From: Saprospiraceae bacterium
Lineage (GTDB): Bacteria > Bacteroidota > Bacteroidia > Chitinophagales > Saprospiraceae
Direction of reading: 5' to 3'
Assembly: GCA_041741095.1 (NCBI GenBank)
Contig: JBGSKQ010000080.1
Span: forward strand, 15,850 to 79,849
Length of the DNA: 64,000 nucleotides
Shown in pieces: positions 8,809 through 17,565 of this stretch; within the stretch, counting starts at the first letter, position 1; each line of letters begins with the position of its first letter. The notes below the pieces were generated by a model. It was given only the letters and a program-made list of their open reading frames with translations, did no database searches and was not told the origin of the DNA. The position numbers and the translations under genes are program-made.

Positions 8809-10035
8809 ATGAGTACACAAGAAATAATTATATTACTCTGCGGGCTGGTAATCTTTTCCTACCTTTTTGAAGTTTTTGCCAAAAAAACGAAGGTGCCTGC
8901 TGTGCTCTTGCTACTGGCAACGGGCATCGGACTTCGGCTGCTGGCGGACGCTTTCGGGTTTGCGGGCATTGATTTTTCCAAGATTTTGCCTTTGCTCGGT
9001 ACCCTCGGCCTGATACTGATCGTGCTGGAAGGTGCCCTTGATCTGCAATTTACGCCCGAGAAAAAGAAAGTTATCCTAAAAACCCTGGGCACTGCGTTTT
9101 TCCTGCTCATCGCCTCCACTTTTTTGATCGGTTGGTTTTTCGTTTACGTCACAGGCGCTGACTACAAAACCTGCCTGCTCAATGCCGTGCCTTATGGTAC
9201 CATCAGTTCTGCCATCGCCATCCCGTCGGTCGTCCACATTGCAGCATCGCAAAAGGAATTCATCGTGTATGAGTCCACCTTTTCGGACATCCTGGGCATC
9301 ATGTTCTTCAATTTTTTGCTGCACAACGAGCAGATACAAGCCAGTTCTTTTGTGGGCGTGGGATTGGAAACGGTCATTATACTTGGACTGGCAGGGGTTT
9401 TTTCTTTCTTTCTGTTGTACCTGCTGCGGCGCATTGGCCACCATGTCAAGTTTTTCCTCATCCTCACCATTTTGATACTCATATATGCCATCGGCAAAGA
9501 ATACCACCTGTCCACCCTGGTCATCATCCTGGTGTTCGGCTTGTTTTTGAACAATACCCAACTATTTGATACCGAGTGGTTTAAAAAGATATTCTTATAC
9601 CCCGAATTTGAAAAAGACATCAAACAGCTCCGCCAATTGACTGCCGAGAGCGCATTTCTGCTGCGTACTTTTTTCTTTGTTATTTTCGGCTATACCATGG
9701 AACTGACCCACCTCGCCAATTGGCCGACCATCGCCAACGGCTTGGCAGTGGCCGGCATTTGCTATTTGCTTAGGGGCATTTACCTGTATTTTTTCGCCAA
9801 AGTTGATTTGAGGCCGGTACTGTTCATCAGCCCCAGGGGTTTGATCAGTATCCTGTTGTTCTTCAGCATCCCCGATGAATACTTGCTGTTGGGAATAGAC
9901 AGCGGGCTCCTGCTTTCCGTCATTCTGATCACCAATTTGATAATGACATACGGCCTGGTGATGGTAAAAGCCCTATTGGATCCCCCAGCCGCTGTACAAA
10001 GCACGGAACCCAAGGATGAAATTTTGCAATCATAA
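8809..10035 (+). CDS. cation:proton antiporter (Na+/H+ exchanger family, CPA1/CPA2-like)
   Basis: 408-aa polytopic ORF. The N-terminus LCGLVIFSYLFEVFAKKTKVPAVLLLLATGIGLR is typical of Na_H_Exchanger family proteins. Confidence 0.75.
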   Translation: MSTQEIIILLCGLVIFSYLFEVFAKKTKVPAVLLLLATGIGLRLLADAFGFAGIDFSKILPLLGTLGLILIVLEGALDLQFTPEKKKVILKTLGTAFFLLIASTFLIGWFFVYVTGADYKTCLLNAVPYGTISSAIAIPSVVHIAASQKEFIVYESTFSDILGIMFFNFLLHNEQIQASSFVGVGLETVIILGLAGVFSFFLLYLLRRIGHHVKFFLILTILILIYAIGKEYHLSTLVIILVFGLFLNNTQLFDTEWFKKIFLYPEFEKDIKQLRQLTAESAFLLRTFFFVIFGYTMELTHLANWPTIANGLAVAGICYLLRGIYLYFFAKVDLRPVLFISPRGLISILLFFSIPDEYLLLGIDSGLLLSVILITNLIMTYGLVMVKALLDPPAAVQSTEPKDEILQS

Positions 10036-10047
10036 AAAACAAGAATT

Positions 10048-11448
10048 ATGAAAAACGGGAACTCCACCTCCAGACGGAAATTCCTGCGCCAGATTGGCGC
10101 TACTTCTTTGGCTTCGGCGGCATTGCCACTGGTATCGCTGGCAGCCCGGGAAAAGGCAGAAGAACGCATCCTGCACTATGAAAGGAAAATTTCGGCCAAC
10201 GATAAAATCAGGGTAGGGGTGATTGGCTACGGCGTGCAGGGCCATTTCGATTTGGGCACGGCGCTCAAAGTGCCGGGAGTGGAATTGGCGGGCATTTGCG
10301 ACCTTTATACAGGCCGGATCGAAAACGCCAAGGAACAGTACGGCAAAGACCTCTACACCACCATTAATTACAAGGAACTTCTCGACCGGGCAGACATTGA
10401 CGCTGTGCTCGTTTGCACCACGGATTGCTGGCATGCCCGCATCACACAGGATGCTTTGGCGAAAGGCAAGCACGTGTATATTGAAAAACCGATGATTTAT
10501 AAAATAGAAGAAGGCTATCCGGTGATGGAAGCGGCCAAAAAGTCAGGCAAAGTGGTGCAGGTGGGCAGCCAACGGGTGAGCAGCATCGGCTATGCCAAGG
10601 CCAAAGAACTGTTGGCGGCAGGCGAAATCGGCAAACTGAACATGGTCAATGCCGTGTATGACAGGCAAAGTTCCATCGGCGCCTGGCAATACACCATTCC
10701 GAAAGATGCCAACGCAGAGACGACCCATTGGGACAAATTCATCGAAGTCACCGAGAAAATGGCCTACGACGCCAAAAAATTCTTCTGGTGGAGGGCCTTC
10801 AAAGAAGTAGGCACAGGGGTAGCCGGGGATTTGTTTATCCACCTGTTGAGCGGGACCCACTTCATGACCAATTCAAAAGGGCCGGAGACCATCTACAGCA
10901 CCGGGCAGTTCAGCTACTGGAAAGATGGCCGCAACATGCCCGATGTGATGTCCGGCGTGATGCAATACCCCGATTGCAAGGAGCATGACGCCTATCAATT
11001 GACCTTGCAGGTGAATTTCATCAGCGGTACAGGCGGCCAGGAAATCATCCAATTGGTGGGGTCGGAAGGCGTGATAGTCGTCAGGGGAAACAGCATCACG
11101 GTCAAGCACAGTTACATGCCGGAAGCCCCCGGCTTTGGCGGCTATGATTCGCTGTTCACCTTCTCCAAATCCATTCAGGATGAAATGCAGCAGGAATACG
11201 ATGCAAAATGGACGGAAGCACAGAAAAAAAGGCCGACCAAAGAGGATATTGTTTTCAAAGCCCCCGAAGGTTACAGCGACCATCTGGACCATTTCACCAA
11301 TTTCTTTGACTCGGTAAGGACAGGAAAACCCGTGGTCGAAGATGCAGAGTTTGGCTTCCGGGCCGCAGCCCCCGCCTTAGCCTGCAACGAAAGTTATTTC
11401 AAGAAAAAAATCGTGCAGTGGGACCCGGTGGGGATGAAGTTGAAATAA
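10048..11448 (+). CDS. Gfo/Idh/MocA family oxidoreductase with twin-arginine (TAT) signal
   Basis: N-terminal TSRRKFLRQIGATSLASAALPL (RR motif followed by a hydrophobic stretch). A Rossmann start IRVGVIGYGVQG follows, with an EKP motif (YIEKPM). Confidence 0.85.
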   Translation: MKNGNSTSRRKFLRQIGATSLASAALPLVSLAAREKAEERILHYERKISANDKIRVGVIGYGVQGHFDLGTALKVPGVELAGICDLYTGRIENAKEQYGKDLYTTINYKELLDRADIDAVLVCTTDCWHARITQDALAKGKHVYIEKPMIYKIEEGYPVMEAAKKSGKVVQVGSQRVSSIGYAKAKELLAAGEIGKLNMVNAVYDRQSSIGAWQYTIPKDANAETTHWDKFIEVTEKMAYDAKKFFWWRAFKEVGTGVAGDLFIHLLSGTHFMTNSKGPETIYSTGQFSYWKDGRNMPDVMSGVMQYPDCKEHDAYQLTLQVNFISGTGGQEIIQLVGSEGVIVVRGNSITVKHSYMPEAPGFGGYDSLFTFSKSIQDEMQQEYDAKWTEAQKKRPTKEDIVFKAPEGYSDHLDHFTNFFDSVRTGKPVVEDAEFGFRAAAPALACNESYFKKKIVQWDPVGMKLK

Positions 11449-11455
11449 GGCCAGA

Positions 11456-11488
11456 AGGAGTGAGAGGAGTGAGAGATTGAGAGGAAGA
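11456..11488. repeat. tandem GTGAG-type short repeats
   Basis: AGGAGTGAG AGGAGTGAG AGATTGAG AGGAAGA lies immediately after the oxidoreductase stop. Same family as 24054-24080, 46605-46679, 52373-52420 and 58610-58644. Confidence 0.7.
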
Positions 11489-11536
11489 ACTTTATATCAA
11501 TTTCCTATACTTGGCGCTAATAGGTTTTTGCCTAAA

Positions 11537-11823
11537 ACGTCGTAGTCCAGATAGCTATCGGGATAAAACCCTGTTCATTACCTACAGAATCAGGGGCGTA
11601 GCCCCGGCTCCGTTTGTAGGTTCGGCCAACACCCTCAATTTTAAGGGGCGTAGCCCCGACACGGGTGATTTTCATAGCTTTTCGTGCCGGGGCTACGCCC
11701 CTTTGGAGTCCTTTTTCAAATGACTGCTACAAACGGGGCCGGGGCTACGCCCCTGATTTTCAATGAATTATTCTGTGGGCAATCAACAGGGTTTCATCCC
11801 GATAGCTATCTGGACGACGACGT
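11537..11823. repeat. 287-nt three-tier nested inverted repeat (rod-like palindromic element; MITE-like or structured RNA)
   Basis: Outer arms 11537-11575 / 11785-11823 match at 37 of 39 nt. Middle arms 11588-11619 / 11727-11758 match at 31 of 32 nt. Inner arms 11643-11663 / 11683-11703 match at 20 of 21 nt. The self-complementary unit GGGGCGTAGCCCC occurs four times. Confidence 0.85.
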
Positions 11824-11863
11824 TGTGCTGAAGTTTAAATCTAACAGATTCGGACCCGCCCGG

Positions 11864-12505
11864 CTAGGCGTTTTCAGGAAAAACCTCTTTCGTCCTTTTC
11901 TCCATTTCGGCGGCAATAACCTGCCCATTTTCGCCCTGCTGTTTGAGTTTTGCAATGATATTTTGGTAACTCTCCGCATCCCTGTCCTGGCTCAACTTGA
12001 AAATATTATCCATATCTACCACTTCAATTTCAAAGGCGGCAATGGCGTGCATATATTTTTGTTTAAACGAATCGGGCAAGTTGTCAAAAGTCGTGGTGGA
12101 CGCCGGGTCGTAGTTTTCAAAATGCAGGGACGTCAATCGTAGTACATCTTCCAGGGCGGCATCGTCCAGAAAGCGGATCATGCCCTTCACATGCACGCTC
12201 ATATAGTTCCAGGTAGAGGCAATGTTCGGATTGCTGTACCAGGTGCCGCTCACATAAGTATGGTGCCCCGTAAAAACCACCAGCACATGCGGGTTTTGCA
12301 GGAAGGCTTTGTGGTGGTCCGTGTTCCGCATGATATGTCCCCGCAATATCTGCCTGCTGCCCTCTTTTTCCAAAAACACCGGCACCTGCGTGGCCACAGG
12401 TTTGTTTTCGGCATTGCAGCCGCTTAAAAAGGCGAAAGGATACTTGGCAATGAAGGCTTTGATGACTTCGGGATTGTTTTCTTTGTGGTAAGGTAGTTTG
12501 TACAT
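11864..12505 (-). CDS. paiB: FMN-binding negative transcriptional regulator (PaiB family)
   Basis: 213-aa ORF. N-terminus MYKLPYHKENNPEVIKAFIAKYPFAFLSG, with GHIMRNTDHHKAF and SQDRD segments typical of the PaiB/FMN_bind_2 family. Confidence 0.8.
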   Translation of the reverse strand: MYKLPYHKENNPEVIKAFIAKYPFAFLSGCNAENKPVATQVPVFLEKEGSRQILRGHIMRNTDHHKAFLQNPHVLVVFTGHHTYVSGTWYSNPNIASTWNYMSVHVKGMIRFLDDAALEDVLRLTSLHFENYDPASTTTFDNLPDSFKQKYMHAIAAFEIEVVDMDNIFKLSQDRDAESYQNIIAKLKQQGENGQVIAAEMEKRTKEVFPENA

Positions 12506-12658
12506 GTGGAGGTGGTGGATTTAAGATATTGAGTAAGCTTTCTTTCGCCCAAAGTTGGAAACATCCACCCATTAATCCTAATCCTTTTTGAAAGGAAGCC
12601 TACAGCGAAGACCGTGGTTCCCCCTGCTGCGGGTAAGGACTGCTGTACTTGATAAAGG

Positions 12659-12697
12659 AAATCCCGGGGCCTGGAAGGGCTTCGGGATTTTTTTGTG
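12659..12697 (+). terminator. strong hairpin with GGAA tetraloop followed by a T7 run (plus-strand intrinsic terminator; possibly bidirectional)
   Basis: AAATCCCGGGGCCT-GGAA-GGGCTTCGGGATTT followed by TTTTTTT. On the minus strand the stem is followed by the weaker TTTCCTTTAT. It lies 150 nt downstream of the giant NTPase gene stop. Confidence 0.55.
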
Positions 12698-12843
12698 TAC
12701 TTTATGTTGGCTATTACATTTAATTTCAAATACGACTATCTATACTGCCAAGTCTTCGTTTGACAATACTGCCATTCACTTAATACAGGTGATAGCATTT
12801 ACAACAAGATCAATGGTATCAAAAAGCAACTTTGAGGATTTTA

Positions 12844-15800
12844 TTAATGCTTTATTAAATGTTCATCTTTTATACCAAGCTTTCCATCAATAATTCCATC
12901 TTGTCTTAAAATATAAGCACCACTAAATTCAGAAATTGAAAATTTTTGGCCGCTGCTTGGCTTGTGAAAAATCTGCTTCTCACCCAAAAGCGTCCAGCAA
13001 AGACTCAATTTGTTTCGCTGTAGAAACTCCAACAGCAAATCCTTGCGAATTAAAAAGCTGAATGGTTGGTCGGTGCCAACTGATGGATCAAAACAAACCA
13101 GTTCGCCATTTTCGTTTACACATTCGCCAGTCTGTTTGCCTTGTTGGAGGTTCATTTTCTGCCACAAGAATTGAGAAGGCTTAATTACGTTTCCATTTTG
13201 GTTTTTGTAACTTCCCCCACCGCAACCATACTCTTCGACTGGAACTACACCTTTGAAAGGACTGTCCCGGAATTGCCTCCAAATATTATTTCCTTGATAA
13301 GAGGTATCTTTTTCTTTTTCTCGAAAGTGCTTGTATGCAGGAGACCAATAGTATTCCTTTTCAAATATCTCGTAACGCTCTCGCTGGTTTGGCATCCATT
13401 CGTTCATAAAATGCTGTTTCAAAAGCCACACGTGTATTTTTGAAGCGTCCTTTTGCTTGACAAAATAGCTCCGTAAATGATACCATATCATCCAAGAGTT
13501 GCCTTCCTTTTCATGGACACCTACTTCCTCTTTGTACTCCCAATCTGGGAATGTGTACAGATTCAGCCATTCCTTACCATTCTTATCAACAGCATTCAGA
13601 AATTTTCGAGGGTCGGGTAAATCATCTGTTCTTTTGAGCCAACCATCAATGCCCCATTTTTCATAAGACGGGGGAAGCCACCAACCTTTTACTTTAGAGT
13701 GGTTTGAAAAGCTGGAATTCAAATGGAGAAAGGGATATGTCGGGTCAATATTCCTTACGAAGGGTTCCCAAGTTCCCTGGTAAGGTTCGGGCTTGTCGCC
13801 CCATTGCGAGACTTGGTGGTTGTCAGCAATAATGGCAAGTATCTCATGCAGGGCAATCCACTGGTATTTCTTGCCGATTCGTTCAGTATTCCAATTGCCC
13901 CAATAATCATACTCACGAGCCTTACTGTCAAACTCCCCGTGCCAATCCTTTCGCCAACCCAATTCAAAAACACGGCGGAAAATCCAACGAGCGATTTGTT
14001 GTGGTTCTATAGTTGAATGTCTTCTGAACTTAGGGTTTTGATTCAATGATTTTAAGTGACTGAGTATTCTTTTTCTGAATATCTCCTTTTGTTCAGTCTC
14101 AAGTTTGCTTTCAATAGAAACCACCAACGACTCATAAAAATCCGCCGTCATCTTTTTGAATTTGGAAAATTCATCTTCTGAAAGGCTGCCTTTGCTTAGC
14201 GGATCAAGGTATTTGCATACTTTTTCAAGTGCCTTGAAATTGCTTCTTGTACCGTTTGGCAAACTTTTTTTGAATTTTTGATACTCCTTGACAAGCGGAA
14301 AAGCGATTGAATGGAACTGCTCCATTTTGCTTCCAATGACATACCTGTTGAAATCCCATCCTAACACCGAATGCTCAATTGCGCCTTGGGCGCGGTTGAT
14401 AAATTCATTCTTTTTGAAAGTTTTAGAATCGTAATTGGTCTTGTACTTTTTTATGTCCTGTTCTGTTGGATAAGGTAGCGGTAGCTGGCTACCGTAAGGT
14501 GGACGTATCCTTTCAACCTCAATATCAATTTGTAAACCTGTGTATAGAGCATACTCGACTACCTGCCTTGCGTAATCTCGGAGCAAAATATGGGCAGGCG
14601 GTATCCCATCCTTGAAAATCTGGTCGTAAACGCATTGGGCAAGTTGTGCAATGTCAGGATGCTTGCCTGAATTGGTCGCCACACCTAAGGCTACTGCAAA
14701 AAGACGCTCCCTAACATAGGGGTCATTCACCTTCTCAAATTGTTGAAGTATCCGAGTTATTACAATGGGATAACCAGAAAGCAGCCTGACCAATGAAAGC
14801 GTCGCCGTATCCCGTAGGGTAATACTGGAGGAAGTCAATGTCCATGCAAGTATAGTGGCTGTCAGCCTTCTTGTTTCTTCTGACAAGAGGGATAAATCAT
14901 AGTCACTCCAAACCCAAGACAATAGCCTGTTAATAGCAGAACCCTTTGAGCGGAAGACCTCATGGACAAAAGGAGACCACCACCTGTCCAATGCTGCCAT
15001 TGACATGCCGATATGGTGATTATGAATCAAATCGGCGTTGTACGGATGGTCGGAAATAGGAGCGAGATGCAAAATTGTCGAGTTGAAAGAATCAACCAGC
15101 ATGTATCTATCCACCCAAGTAACACAGGTTTTTAAAATCTGATTTCTGTCAATCTTATCGGCCTTTCTCCAAAGCAGGCTATTTATAAAAGCGGTCGTTG
15201 CATACTGCCCAAACTGGTCATCTTTCAAAAGTTTAGAGGGTAAAACCGCCAATAGTTCTATCCCGAATTTTTCTGGCAGTAGGATAGCAAGCGCTTCCAA
15301 TATGCCAAGCTTCCCGTAAAAATTCCCACTGAAGTATTCGCTGAAAAAGCCCTTTCCTCTAAAGGCTTCTTTTGGCTTCTTAGGGTTCAAATGGGTTTCA
15401 AGTAAATGACGGGCTGCAAGAAAATCCCCAAACCGCTCGTAGTTGAACCGGACTACATCTACATATTCATCCTCCTCGTATTGCCAACTTCTATCTTCGT
15501 GCAAAATGCCCTCTCTCAGAAGTTCTATGAATATCTGGCTTCCATGTTCAGGGTGAAATTCACGGAAAAGCTGTTCTGCTGGTAAGTGTTCTATATTACC
15601 CAAACCATTATTTGCCATCCCTTCCGCCAATCGTTCCAATCCATTTTTTACAAGATTCAAATTTTCGGCATAATCCAACTTTTTGGCGATTTTATGGTTG
15701 ACGACAGCAAGATAGTCTTTGTAAATGGTCGTAATCCCATTTAGTCCTTCGGGGATTATGCGCTTACCACTATCCCGCAGGCTCCGGCATAGAAGTAACA

Positions 15801-17532
15801 AAAGTTGTGGCCTTGAAAATTCTGGTGCGAGTATTGGGAATCTCGGCTGTTCTAAGCCAAAATAGCGGGCAAAGTGTTTGACAGCCTCTAACTCGTTGTC
15901 TTCAAAACCAGTGTGTTCCACCATTACAAAATAATTGCTGTCGTTTAAATGAGTGGGGACAACCGTTTTAAGGTAAGTATCACGAACCGCAAGAACAAGT
16001 CCTATGTATGGGTATCTTTTGACTTGTTCGGCAAACACAGTGAGCGAATCATGCCAGATAGATTTGCCTTCGCCTTCGTTGAGGGCATCTATTATAAACA
16101 ATATCCTTTCACCCAAGAAGCTGCCAATCCCATTCAAGGTTTGCAGAAAGGTAGCTGCATCACAACCCAATTGCATCTCTGAAAGGATTTGCTGCCAAAC
16201 ATTACTTCTGTCTTGTAGCTTATTGCCAAGAATAAGAATTGCCGGGGTTTTTGTTTTCTGCTTTTGGGCAGCTATATCCCCAAGAAGATGGGATTTTCCG
16301 CAACCTGCCTCCCCATGAAGTAGAAGACTTGGGTTTTGCGCAAGTTGAAACGTTTGTGTATGTATTTGTTTATAGAAGGCGTTGATGGCGCCTGTGATAT
16401 TTCGCACTTTACTTTCCTCCGAATCAAGCGGTCGAGTAGCATATTGGCGCTTTTCGTGTGGTATCTTTTCCCGTTCTTCTGATTGGATGTCCCAGATTTT
16501 TCGTTGAAAACGATGAACATCTTCATCCATCTTGTTCAAAACTTCTTTCAGTTCCTCAATTTGAATTTTACTTGGGGTTGACCACTCGGTTTTTTCGTGA
16601 AAATCGTGAAACCACGAGTGTTTTTCTTTGAAATAGGCTGCCATATCCAAACCTCCTGGCGCTTTCAACCTCGTACCCTCTTGAAGTGCCTGCAAAAGTT
16701 CATGAAAGTAGCTTCGCACCTTTTGTTTAAAAGCCTTCCCTCTGTTTAAACCCTCAAAGATTTGGGCCATCGGCAATTCAAAATTGAGTTCAGGCGTGTA
16801 GCGGTCTCCCAAACCCTTTATACTCAACTCAAGGTGGTGCTGAAACCACTTAACGTTCATTCCCAGCGAATTGGCGAAGGAGTAGGGTAAGGGATGGTAG
16901 CTATTAGCCACCAATAGTTCGTTCAACTTGCCAACCTTGATGCAGACGAAATCTTTATACTCCTTTGAAAAACTGGTCAAGATTCCTGCGAGATAGGTTG
17001 CTCCACCAGATTCCATGAAAAAACCACCACCCGACATTCCTTGTACGTTCTCATACCCGTCGCTGATGAGGGTGGTCAAATCCTCTTTTTGGGTACTTAC
17101 CTCAAAGCAATTTGGCAACCCAGGTCTAAATTGCCTTAACTCCCCCCGCAGCTTTTTCAAGCCATCATTGGCATTGGGAAAACCTACTGCCCAGCCGTCT
17201 TTCAAGTCAAAAAAATCGTTCAGGAACTCGAACTGCTGTGTCGGCTCACTCATCGGGAACGACTGGCGGGGGATTGCCAAAATGGCGAGGTCGTTTTCGC
17301 CCTCCTTTTCCTCAAAACTCAAAATGTGGTGGTTGCCATCGTCAAGGCATTGGTAGTTGGTTTGGTTGCTGATTTCCAAGCGCAGTTCTGAAAGAGATGT
17401 ATCTTTTATACAGTGCCATGCAGTGAATACGAAAACAAGGTCAGGGTGACTCGGTGGAAAATAGATGATGCCGCTGCCAGATTGGGAGCCTACAATTTTA
17501 AGGATGAAATGTTTGGGAGATTGGGAGTACAT
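12844..17532 (-). CDS. 1562-aa fusion protein: N-terminal trypsin-like serine protease, central P-loop (STAND/NACHT-like) NTPase, HEAT-like repeats, and an uncharacterised Trp-rich C-terminal region; candidate anti-phage protease/ATPase (Avs1b-like?)
   Basis: The protease triad sits in canonical context: TAWHC (His40, nt 17413-17415), NDLAIL (Asp81, nt 17290-17292), GMSGGG (Ser167, nt 17032-17034). Walker A is LLLHGEAGCGKSHLL (nt 16291-16314). Walker B is ILFIIDALNEG (Asp482, nt 16087-16089). A HEAT-like segment is NDPYVRERLFAVALG. Base composition is markedly AT-rich relative to the flanks. Confidence 0.8.
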   Translation of the reverse strand: MYSQSPKHFILKIVGSQSGSGIIYFPPSHPDLVFVFTAWHCIKDTSLSELRLEISNQTNYQCLDDGNHHILSFEEKEGENDLAILAIPRQSFPMSEPTQQFEFLNDFFDLKDGWAVGFPNANDGLKKLRGELRQFRPGLPNCFEVSTQKEDLTTLISDGYENVQGMSGGGFFMESGGATYLAGILTSFSKEYKDFVCIKVGKLNELLVANSYHPLPYSFANSLGMNVKWFQHHLELSIKGLGDRYTPELNFELPMAQIFEGLNRGKAFKQKVRSYFHELLQALQEGTRLKAPGGLDMAAYFKEKHSWFHDFHEKTEWSTPSKIQIEELKEVLNKMDEDVHRFQRKIWDIQSEEREKIPHEKRQYATRPLDSEESKVRNITGAINAFYKQIHTQTFQLAQNPSLLLHGEAGCGKSHLLGDIAAQKQKTKTPAILILGNKLQDRSNVWQQILSEMQLGCDAATFLQTLNGIGSFLGERILFIIDALNEGEGKSIWHDSLTVFAEQVKRYPYIGLVLAVRDTYLKTVVPTHLNDSNYFVMVEHTGFEDNELEAVKHFARYFGLEQPRFPILAPEFSRPQLLLLLCRSLRDSGKRIIPEGLNGITTIYKDYLAVVNHKIAKKLDYAENLNLVKNGLERLAEGMANNGLGNIEHLPAEQLFREFHPEHGSQIFIELLREGILHEDRSWQYEEDEYVDVVRFNYERFGDFLAARHLLETHLNPKKPKEAFRGKGFFSEYFSGNFYGKLGILEALAILLPEKFGIELLAVLPSKLLKDDQFGQYATTAFINSLLWRKADKIDRNQILKTCVTWVDRYMLVDSFNSTILHLAPISDHPYNADLIHNHHIGMSMAALDRWWSPFVHEVFRSKGSAINRLLSWVWSDYDLSLLSEETRRLTATILAWTLTSSSITLRDTATLSLVRLLSGYPIVITRILQQFEKVNDPYVRERLFAVALGVATNSGKHPDIAQLAQCVYDQIFKDGIPPAHILLRDYARQVVEYALYTGLQIDIEVERIRPPYGSQLPLPYPTEQDIKKYKTNYDSKTFKKNEFINRAQGAIEHSVLGWDFNRYVIGSKMEQFHSIAFPLVKEYQKFKKSLPNGTRSNFKALEKVCKYLDPLSKGSLSEDEFSKFKKMTADFYESLVVSIESKLETEQKEIFRKRILSHLKSLNQNPKFRRHSTIEPQQIARWIFRRVFELGWRKDWHGEFDSKAREYDYWGNWNTERIGKKYQWIALHEILAIIADNHQVSQWGDKPEPYQGTWEPFVRNIDPTYPFLHLNSSFSNHSKVKGWWLPPSYEKWGIDGWLKRTDDLPDPRKFLNAVDKNGKEWLNLYTFPDWEYKEEVGVHEKEGNSWMIWYHLRSYFVKQKDASKIHVWLLKQHFMNEWMPNQRERYEIFEKEYYWSPAYKHFREKEKDTSYQGNNIWRQFRDSPFKGVVPVEEYGCGGGSYKNQNGNVIKPSQFLWQKMNLQQGKQTGECVNENGELVCFDPSVGTDQPFSFLIRKDLLLEFLQRNKLSLCWTLLGEKQIFHKPSSGQKFSISEFSGAYILRQDGIIDGKLGIKDEHLIKH

Positions 17533-17565
17533 GCGCTAAAATTGAATGGATTTTGGCAAATTTAG

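Noticed and set aside
11511-12142. ORFs 11511-11723 and 11684-12142 (plus strand) across the nested palindrome and antisense to the PaiB-like gene
   Set aside because: Their translations (…RSPDSYRDKTLF…GVAPAPF…GRSPDTG…) are read-through of the palindromic repeat units. The second ORF overlaps the PaiB-like gene on the opposite strand.
12590-12697. Possible SRP (4.5S-like) RNA, suggested by the GGAA tetraloop hairpin and GGAAGCC...CAGC strings
   Set aside because: The conserved domain IV features as I remember them are not present. These are the symmetric and asymmetric internal loops with AGCA/GGAA on opposing strands next to the GNRA loop. The stem is a fully paired terminator-like helix followed by a T7 run.
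12424-12729. 101-aa minus-strand ORF downstream of the giant NTPase gene, considered as a possible third (Avs1c-like) component
   Set aside because: It reads through the GNRA-capped terminator hairpin and overlaps the first 80 nt of the PaiB-like gene in another frame. It is basic and Ser/Thr-rich low complexity, so it is not a credible gene.
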